Source: an uncultured delta proteobacterium (GTDB lineage: Bacteria; Desulfobacterota; Syntrophobacteria; BM002). Taken from it: 20,225 bases of DNA. The stretch is taken from NCBI GenBank assembly GCA_963712115.1, contig CAVQGX010000060.1:1-20225 (forward strand), in the 5' to 3' direction. The notes beneath the pieces are model-generated. The model did not search any database. It had not been told where the DNA came from and saw only the letters and a list, made by a program, of their open reading frames with translations. A program made the position numbers and the translations under genes. Shown piece by piece: positions 8,620-17,094 of the stretch (position 1 is the stretch's first letter; the number at the start of each line of letters is the position of its first letter).

Positions 8620-8705
8620 CATCATACTTCGCACTCTTGCTATTTTTAAATATCCACCACATTTTGTGCTATGTTTTCTAGGGGTGAAGTGTGAATTAAG
8701 GGATG
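8620..8705 (+). repeat. ~85-bp self-complementary element, copy C
   Basis: CATTTTGTGCTA (8660-8671) and GAAGTGTGAATTAAGGGATG (8686-8705); direct repeat of copy B. Confidence 0.8.
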
Positions 8706-8823
8706 AGATGACTACTTCCGGGGGACCAATACGGATTTTGAGTCTTTAGGCCGAGTTTTGATGTGCAGGCTTGTAACGACGATGTTCTTTACTCATGCTG
8801 AAAAGGAGGGTAATAGCAGCATT

Positions 8824-9096
8824 TCACCGGGCGGTAAGTAAGTAGAAGCAAACGCCCAAAAATGTGCCTATGCTGTTTAGGATCCAGTCGGATAAAGAAG
8901 AGGTCCTCCCTGGTATGAGATATTGGATCATCTCCAAGCTCAGGCTGATGCTAATTCCGACTAGCACTGTCACAGCAACGGCATTTATCTTTTGCAAACG
9001 TTTATTATCCAGAAGATAGGACACCAAAAGATAGCCAAATGGTAAGAATCCGAAAACATTTATAACAGAGTCTGTGTTTAAAGAAACAGCTCCCAC
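8824..9096 (-). pseudogene. VanZ-like family membrane protein, probably a 5'-truncated remnant
   Basis: NVFGFLPFG and SLEMIQYLIPGRTSSLSDWILNSIG are VanZ motifs; no clear RBS; the frame continues upstream to a TGA at 9123-9121 and is open again to ~9219. Confidence 0.65.
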
Positions 9097-9305
9097 AGTC
9101 AGGAAATGTTTCTTGGGACTTCATGCAGATCGAAAGGGAGGAACGGAAGGCTGGAATTTATTCTTGGATCTTATAGTGTCTAATATTGAGGACGCTTCAT
9201 CAGGTCGAATTGCCGCTTTTTACCCAACGCGCACAAGTTTGCTTTAACAAGAGAATTGTTGTATGGTCTCGCCTTGAACCGATAACTGACTCGGAAAGAG
9301 TAGTC

Positions 9306-9533
9306 ATGGAGAAAATTGAGGGCCCCGAGGAGTATAAATTTAGCAAAGATTTCCTGACAGGATGCCTTGCTCTTGTCTTGATTGGCATAATCCTGTTCAT
9401 CCTGATACCTTTGCTGGTGTTCGTGTTGAAATTGAGTGTGCTGGTTGTCCTCCCCATAGGGCTTATTGCTGCAGTGGTAATATTCACCGCATTTTTTGGC
9501 CGTATCGTAAATATCTTGCGCAAAAGGTGGTGA
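9306..9533 (+). CDS. Small hydrophobic membrane protein (75 aa)
   Basis: ATG 9306 after GGAAAGAG; two long hydrophobic stretches and a basic C-terminus (LRKRW). Confidence 0.65.
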   Translation: MEKIEGPEEYKFSKDFLTGCLALVLIGIILFILIPLLVFVLKLSVLVVLPIGLIAAVVIFTAFFGRIVNILRKRW

Positions 9534-9550
9534 GGCTTCAAGGGATGGGA

Positions 9551-9623
9551 AAGGTTTCAGGTTTCAGGTAACAGGAAGAAGAAAAAGAAAGGCTGAAACC
9601 CGAACCCTGAACACTGAAACCTT
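9551..9623 (+). repeat. ~70-bp heptamer-armed hairpin repeat, copy 1
   Basis: Begins AAGGTTTCAG and ends CTGAAACCTT; close reverse-complement match to 10043-10113. Confidence 0.85.
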
Positions 9624-9715
9624 AGTCATTGGAATGACGGATTGGGGATTTCGGATTGAGATTTAAACTATTTGACTAATCAACTGATTGACCAATTGCC
9701 GCCAGGCGCTGTGCG

Positions 9716-9746
9716 AAAAAAAGTGACCCCAAGTAGCCGTCACTTT
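9716..9746 (-). terminator. Intrinsic terminator of the TPP riboswitch expression platform
   Basis: Minus strand AAAGTGAC-GGCTACTTGGG-GTCACTTT plus a U run; its 3' arm CTTGGGGTCAC can alternatively pair with GTGACCCCAAG (9920-9910). Confidence 0.8.
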
Positions 9747-9768
9747 CCGACTCTCTCTTCACTTCTTC

Positions 9769-9877
9769 CTGTTTTTCCCTTCGCTGGTGCTAACCAGGTC
9801 AGGTTCAATGGGTTGCCGCTTGTGGCGACTCTCAGCTTCCGGGTTGTTTTTAAGCTCCCCTTCAGCACCCCCAACAG
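9769..9877 (-). ncRNA. TPP riboswitch (THI element)
   Basis: Minus strand CTGTT-GGGGGTGC...AAGCTGAGAG...ACCCATTGAACCTGACCTGGTTAGCACCAGCGAAGGGAA-AAACAG has all conserved THI-box blocks (CTGAGA, ACCTGA, CCAGCG.AGGGA) and a CTGTT/AACAG P1. Confidence 0.92.
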
Positions 9878-9924
9878 TTTACATGGTGAAAGAATCTTCA
9901 GTGATACTTCTTGGGGTCACCTAC

Positions 9925-9954
9925 AATCTATCGTCACTGGTCCATTCGGGTCAA
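9925..9954 (-). promoter_or_regulatory. Putative sigma-70 promoter of the riboswitch leader
   Basis: TTGACC-18 nt-TAGATT; predicted +1 near 9918-9920, at the start of the antiterminator strand. Confidence 0.55.
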
Positions 9955-10042
9955 GGAAATAAGTTTCACAAAATCATTTTTTTTACAACTCTCTGAGATT
10001 ATAAAGTATACCATTCCGGAAATTTTCAGAGGGGGGATTTAA

Positions 10043-10113
10043 AAGGTTTCATTGTTCAGATTTCGGGTTTCAGCCTTTGTTTTTTTCTTCCTGTTACCTG
10101 AACACCGACACCT
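10043..10113 (-). repeat. ~70-bp heptamer-armed hairpin repeat, copy 2 (inverted)
   Basis: Reverse complement contains TTCAGGTAACAGGAAGAA...AAAGGCTGAAACCCGAA...CTGAACA.TGAAACCTT as in 9551-9623. Confidence 0.85.
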
Positions 10114-10326
10114 GGTACCTCCATCACTCCTAGTACCAATCACCTATTACCCATTACCAATGACCTTGCTCATTTCTTGCTTGACCCGACGCAGTCAAAA
10201 TGTTTTATAATATTCAGCCCGGATTCATGAAATATCCGGGCTACCCTTCCAATTTCTGCCAAAGGGCAGCGCCAATGAATCAGGACTGAAGAGACTCGCC
10301 TTGAACCACTGTGCACTTGGAAGACG

Positions 10327-11598
10327 ATGAGACGAAGGGACTTTCTGAAGGCGGTTGTTGGGGTTGTCGTTGGAGCTGGATTCGCCCCGGAAGTGTTGGC
10401 GGAAGTCGCCAAAATCCCTCCTACCAACAGGTCAGAGGATTACGACGCTCACATTAAAGACTATCTCCACAAAATGCGCAATTTCAACGTCCATCACGAT
10501 GGAGATATCCGTCTTGAGCGCAGAGAATTCGATTTGCTGAAATCCTGCGCCAGGAGGTTCGAGCGGGTTCAACTGACCGTGGGTCATGGTAATTTTTACC
10601 TGCTTAGCCTTGACGAAGCTATAAGCATTGCCCGCAGCTATTCCCGAGTGGGCGAGTTTACACGAGCAGAGATGGATTTTCTCGAAATGATATTTTATTT
10701 CGATGCTTCGCATTACGGCTTTTTTGGCAACAAGCCAGTAAAGAATATCACCGACGGAGTTAAGAGACGGGAAGTGGCAAAGACGCTCACCTACTATGCA
10801 GTGAAAAACCTTAAACCCGCCTTCGGCATTGAAGTGAGTAAAAATTTTCCGACTCACAAGCGAGCTTATTATCACCTTAAAGTTTTAGAAACCTATATGG
10901 ACCTTTTGGGAATTGAGTATGAAAGATCCTTCAGCCTATCGGCAAATGGAGTTAAAGGGGCTATCTACAATAACGTGAAATTGGCATTTTACGACAATAG
11001 GATCTTTCTGGATGTGACCAATGCGAGGAAGCGACTCGGCTACATTCCCTTTAGAAAATCTGCAGAGATTGTTTACAGGCCCAGCAACCCTCTTATAGCC
11101 CTGGTGGAATCGGATCAAGGCTACAGAGTTTTTCATGGTAACCGCAGGATCACTCGCATTTGTCCCGAATACTTCGAATACGACTTCAGTACCGAAGGCA
11201 TTAACATCCAAATTGACGGCGAAGAGAGAAAAGCAACTTTCGGCGACATGTTGGGAGTTCAAGAATCATTTATGGTCATGCCGAAAAAAGGCTGCCGGGT
11301 AAATGTAATCGGCTTCAAAAAAACGGGTATCTCAGATGAATCAGGTGTCATGATCGGACAAGAAGATGTCATGAAGCGATTCTCTGTGGATAAGAGCGGA
11401 AATATCTTTCGAGTGGAAGTCTACAAGGACGATAAATTTTCGGGAATGGTCCTGGTCAATTTCACTGACGAAAACGAGAATCTCATCGCATCAGAACCTT
11501 CAAATGTCTCTTCGTTTGGCCTTTCTGCTGGAGGAAAAGCTTCCTTTGCCGAAGACTCTCCCACAAGTTCGGGGGAGGGCTTTAATCTCGGTCGTTAA
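10327..11598 (+). CDS. Tat-exported protein: apparent chimera of an M15 peptidase N-terminus and M99 (Csd4-like) carboxypeptidase C-terminal domains
   Basis: MRRRDFLK Tat signal; VGHGNFYLL...FLEMIFY...YGFFG resembles the N-part of delta/epsilon-proteobacterial M15 peptidases; KTLTYYAVKNLKPAFGIEVSK...YYHL and RVNVIGF...RFSVD...FRVEVY...FSGMVLV resemble M99. Confidence 0.7.
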   Translation: MRRRDFLKAVVGVVVGAGFAPEVLAEVAKIPPTNRSEDYDAHIKDYLHKMRNFNVHHDGDIRLERREFDLLKSCARRFERVQLTVGHGNFYLLSLDEAISIARSYSRVGEFTRAEMDFLEMIFYFDASHYGFFGNKPVKNITDGVKRREVAKTLTYYAVKNLKPAFGIEVSKNFPTHKRAYYHLKVLETYMDLLGIEYERSFSLSANGVKGAIYNNVKLAFYDNRIFLDVTNARKRLGYIPFRKSAEIVYRPSNPLIALVESDQGYRVFHGNRRITRICPEYFEYDFSTEGINIQIDGEERKATFGDMLGVQESFMVMPKKGCRVNVIGFKKTGISDESGVMIGQEDVMKRFSVDKSGNIFRVEVYKDDKFSGMVLVNFTDENENLIASEPSNVSSFGLSAGGKASFAEDSPTSSGEGFNLGR

Positions 11599-11692
11599 GC
11601 TCATTGAGTCATAATGACACCGTAACCAAATTCTTTTATTCACTCTGCAACTAACCTTTGGCCAAGCGCTTTGCGCTTTGCGACCAACATCC

Positions 11693-13216
11693 ATGCGCCG
11701 GATAGCAAGAACCTTACAGGTTGTCTTATATTACTGCGGGCCTTTATTGATTGCCCTTGCCTGCGCCCTTACCATTCCGCTGCTACTTGTTCTAATCTAT
11801 GGTGAATTCCATAAAGATTTACTTACTCTAGAAGCATTCCTATTGCCGGCAGCCCTTTCCCTTTTTCTTGGAATTCTGTTGCAAAGGCTCTTTGCTGTCG
11901 AGCATCCAACCAGGCTCCAATCTGCCTTAATCTGCAGTGTGGGATGGCTCGGGTTTTCAGCAATTGGGGCACTTCCCTTCATGATCGGCATCGGTAGTAC
12001 TTACCTAGACGGCTTTTTTGAGGCAATGAGTGGCTTTACCACCACAGGCATTACCATGTTCACCGGCCTTGATGAAATGCCCAAAAGCATTCTCTTTTGG
12101 CGTGCTTTGACCCAGTGGGTTGGTGGGTTGGGTATACTAACCATGTTTATGCTAGTGGTTTTCAGGGGCGGCAGTCCGCACAAGCTCTTCGGTGCGGAGG
12201 GACATAAGATCAACGTGGATCGTCCGGTGCCGGGCCTGGCAAACACCATTAAGGTGTTGTTCAGCATGTATGCCGGATTCACTTGTTTCATTGCCTTGGC
12301 CTTGTTCGCTCTGGGAATGGGGTTTTTTGATAGCATTTGTCACAGCTTTACGGCTCTATCTACCGGCGGGTTCTCGCCGCACGATGCCAGTATTGAATAC
12401 TATCGTTTGCAGGGATACTCCAATTATGTTTGGATGGAATACGTCATCATTTTGGGAATGTTGCTGGGAGGTACCAGCTTTGTAATTCACTATCGGGTGC
12501 TCAAGGGAAGTTGGCGAGCCCTATTCGATAACATTGAGGCAAGATACTGGTGGAGCTTGATCGGTATTTTCGTGGTATTGATTATAATTGAAAGGATAGT
12601 GCGAATCGAACCTCTCTCGGCAAGCCTCGTTGATTACCCTGGTTTTTTTCACAGAATGGAAGAAGACATCAGGATCGTGCTGTTTCAGGTAGTTTCCATT
12701 CTCACCACTACCGGCTTCGGCACCAGGGATATCAACACCCCATATTTTGGAGAAGCTGCTCGACAGTTTTTCCTGGTTATGATGGTCATCGGCGGTTGCG
12801 TGGGTTCAACCGGCGGGGGAATCAAGGTTCTCCGTATTGCCATAATGGGGAAATTGATTCGGCGAGAGCTCTACCGGTTACGGGTACCTCCACGGGCCAT
12901 CAATTCCGTTGTCATTGATGGCGAGCTTATTCAGCTCGACGAAATTCAGCGAGTCGGTGGGCTGTTTTTTATGTGGATGGTACTGCTTATTTTTGGTGGC
13001 GGGGTAACAGAGTATCTGTCGCACCATAATGGTTACGTGGCTCTGTCTGGGATGTTTAGCGCCCTGGGCAATATTGGCCCTTGTTATATACCGGTGGCAG
13101 AAATGAGTCAGCTCCATCCCATAATCAAAATGGTGTATATTCTGGGAATGCTGGCCGGACGGTTGGAGATTCTACCCGTTCTTCTGCTTTTCAGCCTGAA
13201 AGCGTGGAGATCATGA
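11693..13216 (+). CDS. trkH: Trk potassium uptake membrane subunit
   Basis: Pore-loop motifs EAMSGFTTTG, ALSTGGFS, ILTTTGF, SALGNIGP plus GGCVGSTGGGIK and GRLEI; ATG 11693 preferred over TTG 11678. Confidence 0.95.
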   Translation: MRRIARTLQVVLYYCGPLLIALACALTIPLLLVLIYGEFHKDLLTLEAFLLPAALSLFLGILLQRLFAVEHPTRLQSALICSVGWLGFSAIGALPFMIGIGSTYLDGFFEAMSGFTTTGITMFTGLDEMPKSILFWRALTQWVGGLGILTMFMLVVFRGGSPHKLFGAEGHKINVDRPVPGLANTIKVLFSMYAGFTCFIALALFALGMGFFDSICHSFTALSTGGFSPHDASIEYYRLQGYSNYVWMEYVIILGMLLGGTSFVIHYRVLKGSWRALFDNIEARYWWSLIGIFVVLIIIERIVRIEPLSASLVDYPGFFHRMEEDIRIVLFQVVSILTTTGFGTRDINTPYFGEAARQFFLVMMVIGGCVGSTGGGIKVLRIAIMGKLIRRELYRLRVPPRAINSVVIDGELIQLDEIQRVGGLFFMWMVLLIFGGGVTEYLSHHNGYVALSGMFSALGNIGPCYIPVAEMSQLHPIIKMVYILGMLAGRLEILPVLLLFSLKAWRS

Positions 13217-13220
13217 AAAC

Positions 13221-13307
13221 CAACCAGGCACTACACACTAAGCACTAGGCACCAGGGATGAAAATGGGGAATATGGTGCTTACTGCCTAGTCCCTAGTGC
13301 CTAGTAG
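13221..13307. repeat. Intergenic hairpin built from heptamer arrays
   Basis: Five GCACTAG-like units (13221-13255) face five CTAGTGC-like units (13273-13307). Confidence 0.75.
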
Positions 13308-13343
13308 ACAAGGTGTGATAACACTTCATTGAAGGAGTGAAAG

Positions 13344-14018
13344 ATGCGTATTGTCGTGGCTGGTGCAGGAGTGACAGGATATCAGCTGATAAGGATGCTT
13401 GTGGCCAACAAACACGATGTTGTTGTCATCGACGTAGACCATGAGGTTTGCGAAGAAGTTTATACTGAAACGGGAGCCATGACCATCCATGGAAGTGCGA
13501 CCGATATCAGAGTACTGGAAAAGGCAGGCACGAGAAAATCGGATGTAATTCTTTGCCTGGTGAGAAGTGATGCTGACAATATTGCCATAGCGATAATGGC
13601 CAAGAGTCTGGGCGTCAAGAACATTATTGCCCTTTTAAGAAAGCCAGATTACGAACCAGCCTACCGGTCGGCTGGAGTCACCACTCTCATTAGTATAACC
13701 GACCTGTTGCTCCATCAATTAATGATGGAAATAGAACAGCCCAAGGTTAAGACGATTATGCCCTTGGGGGCCGGTAAAGCAGAAATATATGCTGTGGAGA
13801 TACCACCAGGCGCGAGAAGCATAGGTATGACCGTCCGAGAGATAACCCAACAGAATAAATTCCCCAAAGAATGTGTGTTCGTGGGGATCTACCATAAGGA
13901 GAGTGATAGCTTTTGCATTCCCCGAGGCGACCACGACCTCAAAGAATGGGATACGGTATTTCTAGTGTCAAACAGCTTGTACATCAAGCCGGCAACAGAT
14001 TTTCTGACCAAAGCCTGA
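13344..14018 (+). CDS. trkA: TrkA-family potassium uptake regulatory subunit (single RCK_N-RCK_C)
   Basis: IVVAGAGVTG Rossmann motif, HDVVVID, GSATD, IPRGD; AAGGAG RBS; follows trkH. Confidence 0.93.
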   Translation: MRIVVAGAGVTGYQLIRMLVANKHDVVVIDVDHEVCEEVYTETGAMTIHGSATDIRVLEKAGTRKSDVILCLVRSDADNIAIAIMAKSLGVKNIIALLRKPDYEPAYRSAGVTTLISITDLLLHQLMMEIEQPKVKTIMPLGAGKAEIYAVEIPPGARSIGMTVREITQQNKFPKECVFVGIYHKESDSFCIPRGDHDLKEWDTVFLVSNSLYIKPATDFLTKA

Positions 14019-14195
14019 TTTGCCTAGCCCGCATCTGCTGAACCTCTGCGCCATCAGCGGATAAATGGCTCTTACCGTTTACCATTCATCATAACTGCCA
14101 GCTGCTCACTAGTTTCAGCGTACCTCCGCCTCCTTCGCTGATATATCACTATTATTCTCTAAAATTCACTCGAAGCTGCCCGCTGTTGGCCGCCG

Positions 14196-14224
14196 GCCTG
14201 TCCTGAGCGGAGTCGAAGGGCTGC
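14196..14224 (-). repeat. REP-like short repeat, copy 2, inside a heptamer tract
   Basis: GCCTGTCCTGAGCGGAGTCGAAGGGCTGC is the exact reverse complement of 2259-2287. Confidence 0.85.
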
Positions 14225-14233
14225 TCGCTGGAT

Positions 14234-14249
14234 TGGCATTGGCTTTGCA
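14234..14249 (+). promoter_or_regulatory. Putative sigma-54 promoter of the PilZ-RHH gene
   Basis: TGGCATTGGCTTTGCA, GG-N10-GC, ~90 nt upstream of 14340. Confidence 0.7.
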
Positions 14250-14339
14250 TTGATAATAAAATTGCACCGACCTGGGCATTTCACCAATTGCCGTCGCAGC
14301 GAGCGATCACTCCATCTTCAGGCTAAGGGTTTATAGGTT

Positions 14340-14882
14340 GTGGAACACTGCAGACGAGAGTACTCTAGAATTGATGTGTCTTGGCCTGTCAGTATCTTTA
14401 CTTCTGCGGGATTAATAGACGGGCACATAAAAAACATCAGCATTGGGGGAGCTCTGATTAACTGTAAGAGTCTGCCCGACCCAGATGAAACGTTCAATTT
14501 GACCATTGAGATCCCCCATTATTTCTTCCCAGTGGCGGCAAAAGTAAAGAAAGTCAGGCTGAACATTTATGACAGTGAAGATAGTAATGAATCGCCCTCC
14601 TATGAACTGGCAGTCCGTTTCATGGATATGTCTGAAGATGACAGTAAAGTTTTCCACGAGGCTATTGACCGTGCCTTCAGAACAGAACGCTCAACTCCCA
14701 TCGATAAAAAGGAAGGTACAAAGAAATCCAATAGAATCGACAACAGCCTGCTCATGACTGTGGAGAAACTTTCCATGGACAGCGGACGCTCATTTAAAGA
14801 ATTGCTAGAAGAAGCCCTCAAAGATCTCATTCAAAAGTACGAAAAAGCAGGCTCCCTTAAAGACCAATCCTTGCAGCTTTAG
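14340..14882 (+). CDS. PilZ domain protein with C-terminal ribbon-helix-helix-like domain
   Basis: RREYSR and NISIGG PilZ motifs; C-terminal SNRIDNSLLMTVEKLSMDSGRSFKELLEEALKDLIQKY fits the RHH pattern. Confidence 0.85.
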   Translation: MEHCRREYSRIDVSWPVSIFTSAGLIDGHIKNISIGGALINCKSLPDPDETFNLTIEIPHYFFPVAAKVKKVRLNIYDSEDSNESPSYELAVRFMDMSEDDSKVFHEAIDRAFRTERSTPIDKKEGTKKSNRIDNSLLMTVEKLSMDSGRSFKELLEEALKDLIQKYEKAGSLKDQSLQL

Positions 14883-15315
14883 GCAGAGTAGCTTGCCCTT
14901 TCCATACCACCTAGTCACCACAGCCATTGATTAAATCCCTAAGGAAAGAAATGGGAATTTCTGACTTTAATTCATAGTGACAGAGTGGTATATTGGAGCT
15001 AATAATGATATCTTTACTCCGCTTTACACTTGCCAAGAGAATATTCAAATCCCCGCAACTTCGACATCAAGCCCGCTGGGAAGCCTTGGAAAAACATCGA
15101 AGAACGTCAGGTATAGAGGAAGAAATATGCTGCCGTTACAGTCGCTGAGTATGGGAAAAGTGAGAATGAATCTTATTCATTTCTTCTGAATTTTCTGGGC
15201 AAGACATTCTCAATTTGGTAATGTGACCATTACTCTTTAGTCACAGCTAACAATGCTCGAAGAGGCGAGAGAGACGTTCTGCAGGGATAAGATTCAACAC
15301 ACAGGAGAATCATCA

Positions 15316-17094
15316 ATGAAGGATTCTATCCATTCATTTCACATACCGGTTATGGGAACAGGTTTCACCATTGACACCCCGCTGCGGGTGGCAAAGTACG
15401 GTATCTCTTCGGTGATACCCTTGGTGGACGACGTTCTTGTTGAGCAGGTGAGAAAGTACCATTGTGAGAAGCATGGCGAACCGTACGAGGAAATCAGCAA
15501 CAGCAACCAGGATGCTCGCGCCCTTAGGATCGCGGCCTACTTGAGTCTGGTGGACCGTCTAGTCAAACAGCAGGTCGTGGCCTTGCAAGCCTCGCCCTTT
15601 GAGGAAGGCAGCGACATAACGCGCTATTTCGAAATGCTGCCGGATACCCCGCTCAAGCAAGCCTATGACGAAATGCTCGCAACCACCGACGAGGCTGCAA
15701 AGGCCCGGATGCAGGCAGACCTTCGCCGGCAAGCAGTCCCAGGCAGCAGCGACGTCAACATCATGACCAAGCTGGACCGCGACATCTACTTGGATGGCAA
15801 TAAACTCCCTGCCGAGTTCTCTGATGCCATGGCGGCCCTCCGCGGCTTTGCTAACAGCACCCTGAACTCGTCAGTCATTTTTTCGGCAGGAATAAATCAA
15901 AGGCTTTATACTTACGCGGCCACTTTCGACGACTTTTTGCCTGACAAAAACGGCGAACTCAAAAAAAAGATAATCTTGAAGGTAAGCGATTACCGTTCTG
16001 CCTCGGTGCAGGGCAGATTCCTCGCCAAGCGTGGGCTATGGGTGTCCGAGTATCGCATAGAATCCGGCCTCAACTGCGGTGGGCACGCCTTTGCCACTGA
16101 CGGCTATTTGTTGGGGCCGGTCCTGGAGGAGTTCAAGGAAAAAAAACAGGAACTCATAGAAACTCTTCATGCATCCTACACCAAAGCCCTGGCAGACCGC
16201 GGCTGGTCGGTGAACGATGAGCCCCACGAAGTGCTTATAACCGTGCAAGGCGGCATTGGAACAGCAGTTGAGAATGAGTTTTTGCTGCGACATTACCTGG
16301 TCGATAGAACCGGCTGGGGAACACCTTTCCTGCTCGTCCCTGAAGTGGCGAATGTCGACAACGGTCATCTGGAGAAACTTCTTGCCGCCACGGATGGAGA
16401 TGTTTACTTGAGCGACAGCTCACCTTTAGGGGTTCCTTTCTGGAACCTGCGCACTTCTGCAAGTGAAGAAACCCGGCGCCAGTATATCCGTGAAGGCAAG
16501 CCTGGCAGCCCCTGTGTGAAAGGGGCCGCGAGGTTGAATACTGAATTTACCGACATCCCTATCTGTCCGGCCTCGCGCGCCTACATCAAGCGCAAGCTCC
16601 AGCACCTCCCGGAGGAAGGTCTCTCAGCAGAACAGCTTGCTGCTGTTAAAGAGAGCGTGCTCAGCAAATCCTGCATCTGCCATGATTTGGGCGGTGGTGC
16701 GGCTCTGAAGTACGGCATCGACCCGGCAGCCACCCCCTCTATCTGCTGCGGTCCCGGCATTCTGGATTTCAACAAGATCTCCACTTTGGAGGAGATGGTG
16801 GCGCACATCTACGGGCGGCTTTCCATCATTAGCAATAACGAGCGTCCGCACATGTTCATCAGGGAACTTGTGCTCTACATAGACCACCTCCGCAAAGAGA
16901 CCAAAAATTTCAGCTTGAAACTCTCCTTCCGCACACCAGGGTATTTTCACAAGTTCAAGGAAAACCTTCTTGCCGGGATCGAATACTACCATGGGTTAGC
17001 CGGGCAGTTCATCGAGGACCAGAGAAAGCAGTTCCTGGCAGACCTAAAAGTCCTGCAAGATGAGATCGAGAACATTGCTCTCCCTGAAAAATGA
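15316..17094 (+). CDS. Conserved hypothetical protein, probable FMN-dependent TIM-barrel oxidoreductase (FabK/nitronate monooxygenase-like) with Cys-rich C-terminus
   Basis: AGGAG RBS before ATG 15316; IPVMG, FSAG, IESGLNCGGH, VQGGIG, GWGTPFL, SPLGVPF in the order expected for that superfamily. Confidence 0.7.
   Translation: MKDSIHSFHIPVMGTGFTIDTPLRVAKYGISSVIPLVDDVLVEQVRKYHCEKHGEPYEEISNSNQDARALRIAAYLSLVDRLVKQQVVALQASPFEEGSDITRYFEMLPDTPLKQAYDEMLATTDEAAKARMQADLRRQAVPGSSDVNIMTKLDRDIYLDGNKLPAEFSDAMAALRGFANSTLNSSVIFSAGINQRLYTYAATFDDFLPDKNGELKKKIILKVSDYRSASVQGRFLAKRGLWVSEYRIESGLNCGGHAFATDGYLLGPVLEEFKEKKQELIETLHASYTKALADRGWSVNDEPHEVLITVQGGIGTAVENEFLLRHYLVDRTGWGTPFLLVPEVANVDNGHLEKLLAATDGDVYLSDSSPLGVPFWNLRTSASEETRRQYIREGKPGSPCVKGAARLNTEFTDIPICPASRAYIKRKLQHLPEEGLSAEQLAAVKESVLSKSCICHDLGGGAALKYGIDPAATPSICCGPGILDFNKISTLEEMVAHIYGRLSIISNNERPHMFIRELVLYIDHLRKETKNFSLKLSFRTPGYFHKFKENLLAGIEYYHGLAGQFIEDQRKQFLADLKVLQDEIENIALPEK

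Noticed and set aside
5394-8705. Integron attC array or CRISPR interpretation of the ~85-bp repeats
   Set aside because: No attC core sites or intI; spacing is kilobases with one copy inverted; no cas genes.
9121-9123. In-frame TGA as selenocysteine
   Set aside because: No redox motif context or evident SECIS hairpin, and VanZ is not a known selenoprotein family.
9200-9541. 113-aa minus-strand ORF as target of the riboswitch
   Set aside because: TTG start without RBS; reads as the antisense shadow of the hydrophobic gene 9306-9533.
9723-9920. Long closed stem first suggesting 6S RNA
   Set aside because: The internal sequence matches the TPP aptamer, and the outer pairing is the antiterminator.
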